Shown: positions 31,901-42,991 of the stretch, in pieces
Layout: every line of letters starts with the position of its first letter
Position numbering within the stretch: the first letter of the stretch is position 1
Virus record (IMG/VR): IMGVR_UViG_3300009031_000368
Coordinates: 1 to 64,000 of that record
Origin: a virus
Taxonomy: Duplodnaviria; Caudoviricetes
Direction: 5' to 3' (one strand)
Length of the DNA stretch: 64,000 nucleotides
Translations under genes and position numbers: made by a program
Notes under the pieces: model-generated
Database searches by the model: none
Seen by the model: only the letters and a program-made list of their open reading frames with translations
What the model was told of the DNA's origin: nothing

Positions 31901-34900
31901 GATTTTCATTCCGACAACAAGAACAGCCTGTGCTACAGTAAATCATTCATGCATCAACGATGGGGAACATATCGACTCCTTTTTTGATTCGGACCAACAA
32001 CTTCACTACCCGTACAATATAGCATTCGATAAAGAAAAGTCAAGAGAAAATTACAGATATTGTGATGGTGCGACAAGCTTTCAATAATGTGTCTTGTCGT
32101 TGTGGCGTTTTGGCACCATTGTGTGTGACAAACAGATGAATGGAAATGATAAAAGCAAAACGTTAAGTACTGGGAATCTACTTTGTTGGATTTTAACGAT
32201 GATGTTGTGTTATTTGGAAAGAATTGTTAGTAAAGCGAAGACATCGGCATCTCACCGTCTGGTGAATCAAATCCCTTAAAGACATGACTCATCAGAATGA
32301 TCCGTCCGTCTGGAAGAAGTTCACCACGATACTTCAACACATCGTAACGGTACCTTGGACCTTTCGGTGGCACATAATAACCGGCAACGACGTCGCGCGC
32401 CTGCTTTTCATCCCGGTATGGTCCGGTGATTGGACCGAGATATGACTTACTGTCACGTACATCGTTATACTGAATGATCCATACGTCGACAGCTGGAAAC
32501 ATAACTGTAACTCCTATAGTTGTTGATGGAATAATTCACTCGATTGCAAAAATAACATCAGGGAAATAACAAACGGTATCAAGTCCCATACTGTCTGTCC
32601 TTACGTGCTTCAACACGTTAAGGAAATCAACGTCATCATGGTATTTGGCCGCAAGCGCGACCAGAGCCGCGTAGATAAAGATACTATTAAACGCCGGACA
32701 CTGACGGCCATACATGCCACGACCAGAATACCGGTAAGGTTCCAGGTTTTCGTTTTCCAATATTTCCATAAAATCTTCAGCAGTCACATCTATCTCCAGT
32801 CAATTATGCGGTGTAAGTCTGGTATCATGACCTAAATGGCGGTGGATGAATTCAAGTCCAGCTTTTCCATTCAGGAATGACATGGCGCTATTGCAGTCCC
32901 GGCAAATAATGAACATCGGGCCGTCCGCTGAACCGATCAGCCTAACTTGAACGATCTGATATACGGTCATTTAAGCCTCCATGATTGAACTGATATCAAT
33001 ATACCACATATCGGCCCATATGTCAAGCTGAATTTTAAAAATTGTTGTCAATATCGCAATCCAGAAACCGGATGGTCCAGCAACACTAAACCGGTATATG
33101 ACAACATTTTGTAGTTATTCCGTTTTGGTGAATTCATCAACGAATTCCCTAAACCTGCGTCTCATGTCATTCTTGCCTGATTCCATCCCCCTGGAATGGC
33201 TGTGGCGGATCAGTAACATGATAGACTCGGTTCCAATCCGGCTGAAGCATTCTGCCAAGATCTTATCGGCAATATCGGATGACTGATGTTCGCAACTTTC
33301 CGTTAACTCACAAAACAATCCGTACAGAATGTCGGCACAAGTTATCGTGATGTTGAAACAGATATCGCTGTTCTCGATAAAACAGTACCTGGCCTTAATG
33401 GCATCACTGCATTCGACTGTTCCGGATACGACACGTTCCACATGGCCGAACGTAATGGTAAAGCCCGATTCCCTTTCCGGTGAATGATTGGCAACAAATT
33501 TAAACCCGCGACAATTGGTAATGTCCATATGGTCTCCTTAATGAATGGTTTTGAACGGTTTAACCGTTTTCCCGGATGAGACGTTTTACTGACAGGATGG
33601 CATCAAAGACACTGGTTCGCCAGTTGAGAAGATGCTGTTTGTTGACATCGGCAGCATCCATCGCCATCAGCTTGTCGGTGGCTTGATTCCATTCCTGTTG
33701 CAACATGCTCAACTTTAATTCCAATTCCTTATGCTGCAATTGATTGCATTCGCGCTGGCTGAGATCATCAACAGCGCCACATGCCGCAATGTGACGAACC
33801 CATGATACCGTTGCTTGGTATGTGGTGTTCTCAACCACGACGGTGGCATGCAGGCTAAAGCCGTCATCCATCGTCACCACAACACTTCGATTCAAGTATC
33901 TGCTAAGCGTATTGGACAAATCAGCTACGGTATTACCATCAACGGCCTGTTTGACCGATAGACCATTAGGCACAACACTGTCGGCAAAAGTTAAAACAAT
34001 CATGTTTGTTATCCTCGTTTTGTTTGATCTCAAACACTAATCACAATTGTTGTTTACCAGCTCCCACTGATACCAATCGGAACTTGTCCAGTCTCGGGTA
34101 TCCCATTCAAAATCCAGCGCGCGAATTTCCTGTTCGGTTTCCCAAGCGGCGGAATCCAGCTGGTTACACCACTCGCCGAGCTTTAACGCATTTTCTCGTT
34201 CTTCCGCTTCCTCTTCCATAAACCGGTCAATCCGTTCCGACCCAGCCTGCCACTCTGTCAGCAACATATCATGCTTGAAGTTCAGCTCCGCTAACCTGAT
34301 TTCATATTGTCGCTTCGTCATTACCGTTCTCCGCGCGTTTTAGGCTCCCAAACAATCAACAGAACATATACTAGCATGATGATAGGAAAATGTCAAGAGA
34401 AAATTTCAGCAGTCCGTCAATTGCCGGTATCGCTGGAAAGCTGCTTCGCCCCACACCGTATTGGTAAAATCGTACCTGGCGTCAAGGAGGCTTTCAGCGC
34501 CGATATTCCAACTGAATGTTCTAAACAACAGGTCGGTAGACTCATAGTTGATGCCTGATACGTGTAGTCCACCGTTACGTTCCGATACTTCGGCGCGAAG
34601 TACCTTCCAGCCCTTGTATTGGCTATAGAGCTTGACGTCGTGCAGGGTAAGATTCAGCCCATAAACGTAACATTCTATTCCCGCAATGTCGGCAACCCAT
34701 GAGTCAGGTACTTCGCCAAATCGACGAGGCACCAGCTTATGGAGGTAATTCCGCGCAGATTCAACACTATCATGTTCAACGACAATGATTTTCTTGTTGG
34801 CATCCTTCTCATTGCGCCAGATGAAAAACACAGCATCTCCTTTGAAATACAAGGTTTAAAAACAACATCAATATAGCATCGCCGATATGATTTGTCAAGA

Positions 34901-36214
34901 TGTTTTTAAAGCCATTGTCGGATTCAGGAATCATTCAGGCATATTGTTGTTGGTGCGACATCGTGAAGCACAGTTGTGTCCTGGTAATGCGTTATGGCTG
35001 GTGGATTGAATGATGGATAGGCGATTGTATTGGATCGATGCGCAATCAATTGCGCGGTATGCTGCGCAGACACTGGAAGAGAAAACTACTCGGCGGATTC
35101 ATTGAGCGGTAATTCGGTCCAGTCCTTCCCTTCAAGGTAAGGGATAACCGGTGTTCCGTATGGATCTGTACGTTTCTGCCGGTCAGGATGACAGCACTCT
35201 CCAAATTCCCGCTTTTCAACCGGCCGGACCATCAGCGAAGCACCGCACTTGTAACGGTATTCGATCGACTCACCCTTATAGAGGAAGAAATATCGCCCGT
35301 TGATTTCCACTCCCAGTTCGCCGTCACTGTTGACGACCCACCTGACATCCTTCGTTCCTAGTTCAGACATGTTGTCATCCTTTAATTCAAGTATCCGGTT
35401 GATTAGATGTTAACGTGTTGCCTTCACGATGAGAGAAAGCGTCAATCCGCCCAACTCGCACTGCCGCTTCATTTCCGGCATGTCGGTACGCTGCCACGTT
35501 TCATCAAGTGACTTCATGTTGAGCGGCAACGTCCATGTGCAGTGTGCGCCAGGCTCAAAACGATTACGACGCAACACGGCCTTCATAAATGCTTTTGAAA
35601 TAACGCCACGGTTACAGAGTCTGATAATTTCCCAGCCGGCCAGACTGTTCATCGGTCATATCTCCTTTTTGATGTTACCTGGTATCAGGTATACCTTGTC
35701 TCGAATCAAATGTCAAGAGAAATTTAAATTATCCCCAGACAATATCTTGATGATGTTTTGCCGCATAGGCGAGCAAGGCATCAAGCTGGTTCAGTCGCCG
35801 AAGGATGGAGGCATCTGTTGTTCCAAAATGTAAAACGTGACAGCCTGCGGCACCGATTTCCTCATGCGGATCAGACGTATAACTGAATCTCATGCTGGAG
35901 ATGTTTTTAGCCCGCATGATGCCGCGTGCAACGGCCGGAATTTCTGAAACCTTTATCGTGCCACAACAATCAACCGGAAGTCCAATCATCCGCATGACGT
36001 CATCCGCATTACCGTTGGCAAAATTGCATTCCGGTGCTTCTGACTCCGATATGCCGGCCATAAAACCGCATTCGTCACATCCCCATTGTTGCTGAACATC
36101 AAACGGTTGACGTTCTATCCAACCATCAATGTCGTCAACCGGTAAACCGACCATACATTCTCGACAAACCCTGTAATGCCGGGGAGCGTCAGGACATGAA
36201 AACGTGATCGACAT
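28990..36214 (-). other. promoter-delimited cassettes of short early genes (28990-29502, 29625-29819, 29834-30196, 30193-30447, 30432-30830, 30884-31342, 31428-31634, 31647-31946, 32227-32502, 32536-32787, 33115-33528, 33560-34033, 34037-34321, 34406-34852, 35086-35370, 35410-35652, 35729-36214)
   Basis: co-oriented ORFs; promoters with -35 boxes at 31409, 32038, 33021, 34391, 34893, 35711 and 36278. Confidence 0.6.
30884..31342 (-). CDS. protein with DnaJ-type CxxCxGxG zinc-finger motifs
   Basis: CPRCNGCG and CYHCRNTG; start placed downstream of the promoter at 31386-31414. Confidence 0.5.
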   Translation of the reverse strand: MMRSESVQYGGYEIIIEGSTVKLPDVIVCPRCNGCGENRDDVDTEERGRLVVDACYHCRNTGTVEGEELLDGMLSELAARKVDEAWKTYSQPDPEGWSWEMDAAENMMSRYDYRRAWEMSRMDAEMQRLSNLTAIQVVRYWTAVQRGWKVSY

Positions 36215-36300
36215 ACGTTCACCTCAAAACAACGTTCCAGCATTCAACAGGTGCCAGGATAGCATTCCTGGTAGAAAAGTCAAGACAATTTTCAAGTAAT

Positions 36301-37800
36301 TCGGATCCAATTTTTCATAGATCAAATTCTGCATCCTGTTATGGGCGTTTTGCAATAAGGCCGGGGGGATCGTCGGAGTAAACGACATATTTGAGGATGC
36401 GTGATATATCAAGATCGGCCCAATGGATCCGAACTAACAACACATTGAACAGGATATCTGACGTTATGTCCACCTTTATTGTTACCATTTCAATGATTGC
36501 CGGTCTAGCGGTTAGTCTTCTGGGATTTTGGATAGGTATCTGGCACCAGTACAGTAGGCCGCTGGTTCACGAAGATATTCAGTATCTTGCCGCGATAGCT
36601 CAATTCATACTGACATGCTGTATCGTGCTAGCATGGTTGTTGTATTGAACTGGTAAAATTGGTATCCCCAATCAATATGTGAAAGGACGTTGTCATGTTG
36701 CCCATCCTGTTAGCGGTTAGTCTTTTACTGTTCTATCTAGACGTGTGGCACACATAAACATGGCCGCCAGGTTCAATACATTCTGGTCTTGCGTACCCTA
36801 TATTCCGCTGTAACGTTTGAAGCAACAACGGCCATGGTGCGGCAAATCGGATCCAATTTTTCATAGTGAAATTCTACGTGGTCGTATGACCCTCCCTAAA
36901 ATCGACCCCCTATGCCTGTCGGAGTAATTGAGTGTTGTTACAACCGGTAGTTGGTAATGGTGCAACAATCCACGTCGGGCGATACATGCGCACCATAACG
37001 ACATGGCGTTAATAATTTAACATTCAGTCCAGTTAACTGCCGATGTACAGATATGGAAATTGAAAAAAGACGGGGTTTTTCTGTTTTGCCCATGGTAGAG
37101 ACATCATTAATCCGATCTGCGGCTAAATCCGTGTTGGATGACTCAACGATAAATAAACTGCCAACGACAATTATAGCCCATAATCCACATACGAAGTGCG
37201 ATTGTCAAATCAGAAAATTGCCAAAGATGTTAAATAAGTAAATCGTCAAATTAAAAACTAACCATTTGAAATGGAAAATCCCTTTAGGAATCTCTATTTT
37301 GAATAGTTAGTTTTTAATTTGAAACAGACTTGCCAAGTTGTATCATGCCCGAAGTAGTCAATCGACATATAGAAGCGTGGACGGCTGTAGCTATTCTGAA
37401 AAAATGAAATTCTCCCTATAGGGACTTTTTCATTTTCACAGAATCAAGTCATCCTTCGCCGGCCGGCAATCAATTGCGCTATACGGGTAAAACGTCATAA
37501 CGTTATGTTAGCGCTAGATAAATTGCACCGACGCGCTGCCGGTAACGCCTAAATGGCAGTTGTGCAATGGTGCAGTGATTGAAGAAATCAAAAATCTCCT
37601 ATAGGGGAATTCTCATTTTCAGGATTCGGCACCATCGCACAACTATGTCGTTATGTCGGCCCGACAAACTGGCTGAAAATGTAACCGGTTGATAATATTA
37701 GATAAGTGGCGCAGCCAGCACCATGACGGTTGCTGTTGTCGGCTGGATATGCGGTATTATCGGTTGGGAAATAAAAATCTCCCTATAGGGAAATCTTAAA
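36301..37800. repeat. repeat-rich, largely non-coding region (candidate origin or terminus)
   Basis: 20-bp exact direct repeat at 36301 and 36847; 77-bp inverted repeat at 37246-37322; CCCTATAGG-type palindromes at 37279, 37413, 37595 and 37780. Confidence 0.7.
36391..36648 (+). CDS. small membrane protein with two predicted TM segments
   Basis: hydrophobic stretches FIVTISMIAGLAVSLLGFWIGIW and LAAIAQFILTCCIVLAWLLY. Confidence 0.5.
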   Translation: MRMRDISRSAQWIRTNNTLNRISDVMSTFIVTISMIAGLAVSLLGFWIGIWHQYSRPLVHEDIQYLAAIAQFILTCCIVLAWLLY

Positions 37801-37803
37801 TCA

Positions 37804-38694
37804 TTAGCTGGACGATCGGTTGCGACGTCGATTCATCTTTTCCAGCAATGCGCGCAACTGTTTAACTTCATCGGTGGTAAGACTACAGTCACGAAGTTTG
37901 TTGCGTTCAGTAACAACATGGGTAGCATATTCAAGTGCCAACAATCGTTGCTCGATTTGATGCCGATCGCCGCCAACCACGGTTGTACTGTTAAATATCG
38001 ATTCAGGTAAACGGCCGGTTGGATTACTTTTATGCGGTGGTTCCAAACTACCGATCAACATCGCCATAATGATGACAAACACTGTTAACGACACAACACA
38101 CCACATATCAACCCGCCTGTTCGTTCAATATTGTGCGGATCGATTCGGCATATTTGACGATGAAATCAATGGTTTGTCTGGACTGTGCGCCTAGTGACAG
38201 GTAGTCAATCGGACATAATTCCATCTGGTCACAGTAATTGCGCGCCAATCTGTCTCGAAGATTCAATGCCCGCTGGTGTTGGTTGGCATGATGCAAATCA
38301 TCAAACAGTTGGCCGTCACTGGTCAATATCTTCTGTACCAACGTTGCGCCTTCAACAAGATTCATAAAATACCTCATTTCAATTCAACGTACAATGTATC
38401 ATCGGCATTACTGCCACGCCAACAACTGGTATGAATGGTCAATACTTGATCGCGGTCCAATGCCAATAGATTGTCTCTATTATACTCCTCTGGCGCGACC
38501 CATTTAACAACAAGCCCATTGACGGCACTTATGGTTCCGTAATCGTCCCAAACATAAAGTCCAGCTTGGCTGCAAGCCTTCAACGCGGCAACCAATTGAC
38601 GGAATGCCTTTACTTGTGCCGATGTCGGCTCATAACGGATTTCATCACACATCGATTCCTCCAGCCCGTTAACCGTTATTGCAATTATCGCCAA
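37804..38694 (-). other. three hypothetical genes (37804-38106 with N-terminal TM helix, 38108-38377, 38374-38694)
   Basis: co-oriented ORFs downstream of the promoter at 38801-38829. Confidence 0.55.
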
Positions 38695-38800
38695 AGTGAC
38701 GTTTAAACGTCAGCTTGACATTTGTCACAACAACGTAGCAACGATGTTACATTTAGACGTTTGGCTATTCCGGCCGATACTGTATGGCAATTATCAGTGC

Positions 38801-38890
38801 ATCATATCACCGATGACTGTTTTTGTCAATCGCAATTTTTAATCAAATGATTAAAAACATCTTGACAAACCAGCTTTGACGTGTTATATT
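38801..38890. promoter_or_regulatory. divergent early promoters
   Basis: minus TTGACA(38829-24)-17-TATGAT; plus TTGACA(38862)-17-TATATT. Confidence 0.8.
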
Positions 38891-38927
38891 ATCGGCATGA
38901 TTTGGTTTTAACCGTGAAGGAACCGTT

Positions 38928-39405
38928 ATGAAACAGCTACACGCCGATGTACTGTCATGGATTGCTGGTCATGAAGGCAAGGATATCACGTATAGCAGTT
39001 ATCCGATTCAGTGTCTGATTGTCGCCGGGCGTCATTTCGCAGAACGAGATGCCGCGTTTTGCGTTCAGCGTCGGACCATTGAAGCAATGATCAGACTTGG
39101 GCTTTTGGTTCGTGGTACGACTACTGCTGTCGGTTTCTACGTTGAACTGCCCGGTTAATTAAGGGGATTTAGCAATGAGCAATATCGCATACATCGTAAC
39201 TCGTGATATCGACGTCAGCCGTGCTGAAGGTCGGCCCTATATGCGCCAGCTGGTGTTAACATACAACAGTGATGAGCGGGACAAGGCATTCATATATTTC
39301 GATAATTGTAGGTCATATCTGGGCGACGAATCGGTACGGATTTATGAAGTGAAGGACATCTCCAACGATGTTCCGGTGCTGCCCGAAAACCGCCCACCGG
39401 TCTAA
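38928..39405 (+). other. two hypothetical genes (38928-39158, 39175-39405)
   Basis: follow the plus-strand promoter; the last stop overlaps the stop of the convergent late block. Confidence 0.55.
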
Positions 39406-39797
39406 TCGGTTTCTCCTATCCCGCCATCTGGATTTTTAATCCTAACGGTAATGTTGGCACCGTATAGCTGATTTGTTGACTCCAGGTTTCCGCCCAAACG
39501 CTCCAGCTGCAACATCAACCGCTGTATGGCGAACTGCACTGAGGCCGGATCGCCGAATTGCCGGATGGCTATAGCGACCTTGCCTGATTCCATGGTGAAA
39601 TCTGATACCAGTTTTGGGTTAGCCGTCAATACTTCACCGATAGCTTTTTCGATTGGACTTACTTCCGGCTGCTTCGGTTTAGGCGGTTCGGTTGGCTCTT
39701 TCGGCACCGGCTTCGATTGCGGCTGAGGCTGTTTCTTTTTGAATTCCTCAACCAATGACCGGTTCAATGTATCCAGCAGATGGTGTCGTTGAATCAT
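39402..39797 (-). CDS. hypothetical protein with Pro-rich linker
   Basis: KQPQPQSKPVPKEPTEPPKPKQP; N-terminus ends …SLVE|E. Confidence 0.6.
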   Translation of the reverse strand: MIQRHHLLDTLNRSLVEEFKKKQPQPQSKPVPKEPTEPPKPKQPEVSPIEKAIGEVLTANPKLVSDFTMESGKVAIAIRQFGDPASVQFAIQRLMLQLERLGGNLESTNQLYGANITVRIKNPDGGIGETD

Positions 39798-40528
39798 TAG
39801 AAGTCAAACCTTGTTGGAACGTCATAATCATCGGTAGCTTGATTATAGGCCAGGCAATGGATCGTTGTGACACGTTGTTCGACCGTTCCACCGAACCGCT
39901 TACCGATTGAGCCATTGATGGCAATCAGTCCTTCCGATAGTTGCCGTGACGTGGCAAATAGCGGCTTATCGGCTTCCATCAGTTTGAAATCAAGTCTAAC
40001 AACTAGGCCATTGCCTTCACGTAAGGTTTCTGCAACCGCATAACGTGATAGCTTGGAATTCACATGTAGCACCATCTGGTCGGCGATCACATAATCGTGC
40101 GTATACGTTTCATTCAGGTCGGCTGATGGCAACAGGTATAGTGATTCCGATACACCGGCCACTGCTTCAACCTCATGCCAACAGGCTGCTGGTGTAGGTT
40201 GTCGTCGTTGCGCACCAACCGACAGTTGATAGCAACACTGTCGGCTATCCCAACCCAAATTCTGGGCAAGCTGTCGTCTATTGCCTCGAATGAACACCAC
40301 AATTCCCGGACGCACCGGTTTCCACCTTGTCGGTGGGCGGCTTGATATAACTGAATCATCGTGTTGCGTATCGAGGAATTCATTCAGGTTTCGCTTGATC
40401 TTTGTGCAATCGCCGATGGAAACCGTCTTACCGGTATTGCTATTCTGTTCATCCATAACAAACAGCTTCCCGAAACCTTTATTGATATCAAACGTAGGTG
40501 CCTGGTTGCCGGTGTGTAACGTATACAT
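39797..40528 (-). CDS. hypothetical protein
   Basis: 243 aa in the late-oriented block. Confidence 0.6.
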   Translation of the reverse strand: MYTLHTGNQAPTFDINKGFGKLFVMDEQNSNTGKTVSIGDCTKIKRNLNEFLDTQHDDSVISSRPPTRWKPVRPGIVVFIRGNRRQLAQNLGWDSRQCCYQLSVGAQRRQPTPAACWHEVEAVAGVSESLYLLPSADLNETYTHDYVIADQMVLHVNSKLSRYAVAETLREGNGLVVRLDFKLMEADKPLFATSRQLSEGLIAINGSIGKRFGGTVEQRVTTIHCLAYNQATDDYDVPTRFDF

Positions 40529-40540
40529 GTTTTACCTCTG

Positions 40541-41227
40541 TCAGAATGTGACGATGCCTTTTTCGTCAAGCACTATAATGCATCCGGCCAAATGGCGTAC
40601 CGAATCATTAACCTGTTTAAACTTATCATTAACGGTATAGAAATTTTCAGCAATGCCATTTCCGCTTGACATCGTTACCCGCATTTCTCGTTTTATATCC
40701 AACCTGTGCCCTGAGTCTGTTTCCTTCAGGTACCGTTCCATCAATCCAGTCAATACATTCAATGCCTTCATATTGATCTGAGTCAGGTTAAGGATCGTAG
40801 AAAGAATCGTTTCGTCTAGCTGCTGGAATCCACGGGACAACAAGTCTCTGATGTGTTGACTGTCCATCTTTCTTGCCGCTCTATCGGGCGGTATGAAATG
40901 GGTAAAACGCGCCAATTCATAATCTGGCGGGACATTGAATTTCAATGTCTGCCACTTCCCAGGATCATCGAATGCCAGGTCTTGAGCGAATCCATAAAAC
41001 GCGCCATAGGACTCATGCATATTGTGATATGCCTCATACACCTTGGGAACCAGGATACCCATATTGGTGTTGATGTCCCTATATCGGACTGTTTCTTTTT
41101 CAAACAGATGACGAGATCGCTGCGTCATCGTCTTGCATTCAATCACAACATCTTTAGATGTTTCGAGTAAAGAACTTGAAAGATGTAGATGCGCTAATGC
41201 GTTTTTTGTCGGATCTTGATTCATCAT
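40541..41227 (-). CDS. hypothetical helical protein
   Basis: 228 aa, coupled to neighbours. Confidence 0.6.
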   Translation of the reverse strand: MMNQDPTKNALAHLHLSSSLLETSKDVVIECKTMTQRSRHLFEKETVRYRDINTNMGILVPKVYEAYHNMHESYGAFYGFAQDLAFDDPGKWQTLKFNVPPDYELARFTHFIPPDRAARKMDSQHIRDLLSRGFQQLDETILSTILNLTQINMKALNVLTGLMERYLKETDSGHRLDIKREMRVTMSSGNGIAENFYTVNDKFKQVNDSVRHLAGCIIVLDEKGIVTF

Positions 41228-41730
41228 GTGTTACCCATCAGGTAGGAAACGATTTGAACCGTTGCGTCATATCCGGCCCGGCCCTGTCTGACGTCGGCGC
41301 GATATACTTCAACGTCTCGCTGTTCAAACATCCTGGTCAACCTGGCAGCTTCTGTCTTTGCCTTTTCAATATTGTCAAATCCGCTAACTTGAACCGCCGT
41401 GATTATTCCATTGATTTGTTCGGATTCCCAGCAATCGACATCGGTGTTTACGTTTTCACGCTCTGCAATCAATTGCACATAACCGGTAAGCAATGAAACG
41501 ACTTGCTCTGGAATCAAGTGTCGGCCGGTTCCTGTTAACTGCTGTGCTTCATAAATCACTATATTGTCGCACTCTGCCGCAACAACGTCAGCAGTTTCGA
41601 TCAGGTTCCTGTATAGGAATTTATCGAACGTTTCACCGGGATTCATTACTCCAACGTCTCGTGTCCGATGTCGCAGGTATCGGTCTTTTAGATTCTCTAC
41701 TTTGTTTGCTTCAACTATGATACCCATCAC
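41224..41730 (-). CDS. hypothetical protein
   Basis: 168 aa, coupled to neighbours. Confidence 0.6.
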   Translation of the reverse strand: MMGIIVEANKVENLKDRYLRHRTRDVGVMNPGETFDKFLYRNLIETADVVAAECDNIVIYEAQQLTGTGRHLIPEQVVSLLTGYVQLIAERENVNTDVDCWESEQINGIITAVQVSGFDNIEKAKTEAARLTRMFEQRDVEVYRADVRQGRAGYDATVQIVSYLMGNT

Positions 41731-42200
41731 TATACCTCTTCATCGTCGAAAATATCTTCTTCATCTTCGGCGTCTGATTGTGATTCAATAAAAGCCCGCA
41801 CAAGTGGCGCGACAACCTTAACGTCAAAACACTTAAACGTTACCTTTTCCACCAACTCAATCAACCGAGATTGCTGCATATCTGTCAACGCGATATCGCC
41901 AACCAGTGATTCAAATGATTCAATTACCGTTTCGGCAAAATCTTGAACAAACAGATCGAGCGCCTCTTTGTCGATGTCGGACATCTTTGCAATATCGGCC
42001 AACGCTGATTCGGTAATCTGTTTACTTTCAACCTTTTCATCAACAACATCAGTCGTAACTTCATCTGGACGGTTGGTTGGCTGGTCCAGTTTTTCATCAG
42101 CCGGCACGTCTTCCGCCTTATTGTCTCCATCCAACAACGCGCGCATTTCTGCCATCAGTGCCTTAAGCTCATCGATAGAAACATCATTCTTTTTACTCAT
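41730..42200 (-). CDS. acidic scaffold-like protein
   Basis: very D/E-rich, helical, ITE|SA and VIE|S sites. Confidence 0.5.
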   Translation of the reverse strand: MSKKNDVSIDELKALMAEMRALLDGDNKAEDVPADEKLDQPTNRPDEVTTDVVDEKVESKQITESALADIAKMSDIDKEALDLFVQDFAETVIESFESLVGDIALTDMQQSRLIELVEKVTFKCFDVKVVAPLVRAFIESQSDAEDEEDIFDDEEV

Positions 42201-42210
42201 CGGTCATCTC

Positions 42211-42978
42211 CTAAAGCAGGGCATCCCAGCCATCACGGGTTACTTCTGGATCTACCATTGCGACAATTTCAAATGGTGAATATGTTTCGGCAAGGAAATC
42301 CCAGAACACCGTTCTAACATTATTCACAAATTCTTCTTGTGACCTGGTTAGTCCTAAAATAAGACTATTTTGCTTAATACCGTAAGCGGTCAACAAGTCA
42401 TCAACCGCATCTTCCACTGTATTACCGATTTCGTCCAACGTATCACCGTATGTTGATTCTTGAGACTTTGTAAGCTTCGGTTGGCTGGATTCAATAATCG
42501 GTCCAGTCGTTGCTTCAGTCTTTGGCTTTTTGAAACGCGGCGCGGATTCTCTGATCATGGCGGCTATTTCGGCCATCCATTGCTTTGATGTTTCGTCACC
42601 ACCATTGGCCGATTCGGCAAGTCGCTGAACGAATCCTGACACCTTGCCGTAATTTACAGACTCTTTCTTTTTCATGTACGGCTTAAGATAAGTGTTATAT
42701 GTGTCTGAACCTATTACAAGGTCTTGTCCAGAAAAATTAAACCAAAGACTTTTGAAGGCTGGATGGCTCATAAGATCAAGCGCATCAGCATCCGAGTCGA
42801 ACTTAACAACATATTCAATTTCATTCGCAACAAATCCGCCAAGAGCCTTTTTGTTTTTTGCACTTTTGAAGTATACCTTAAGCGTTCCTTGGTGAAGATC
42901 GAACCCACCGATAAGTCTTTTATCTATATCGGATTTAATCCTTTTCACACCAGCATTCTGATCTAATACATCGGCCAT
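42211..42978 (-). CDS. hypothetical protein with repeated xxE|S sites
   Basis: 255 aa; KKE|S, LAE|S, IRE|S, IIE|S. Confidence 0.6.
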   Translation of the reverse strand: MADVLDQNAGVKRIKSDIDKRLIGGFDLHQGTLKVYFKSAKNKKALGGFVANEIEYVVKFDSDADALDLMSHPAFKSLWFNFSGQDLVIGSDTYNTYLKPYMKKKESVNYGKVSGFVQRLAESANGGDETSKQWMAEIAAMIRESAPRFKKPKTEATTGPIIESSQPKLTKSQESTYGDTLDEIGNTVEDAVDDLLTAYGIKQNSLILGLTRSQEEFVNNVRTVFWDFLAETYSPFEIVAMVDPEVTRDGWDALL

Positions 42979-42991
42979 AAACCGTTACTCC

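Noticed and set aside
37053-37241. 62-aa plus-strand ORF in the repeat-rich region
   Set aside because: No clear RBS, no recognisable motif, and it lies within the putative non-coding origin-like region.
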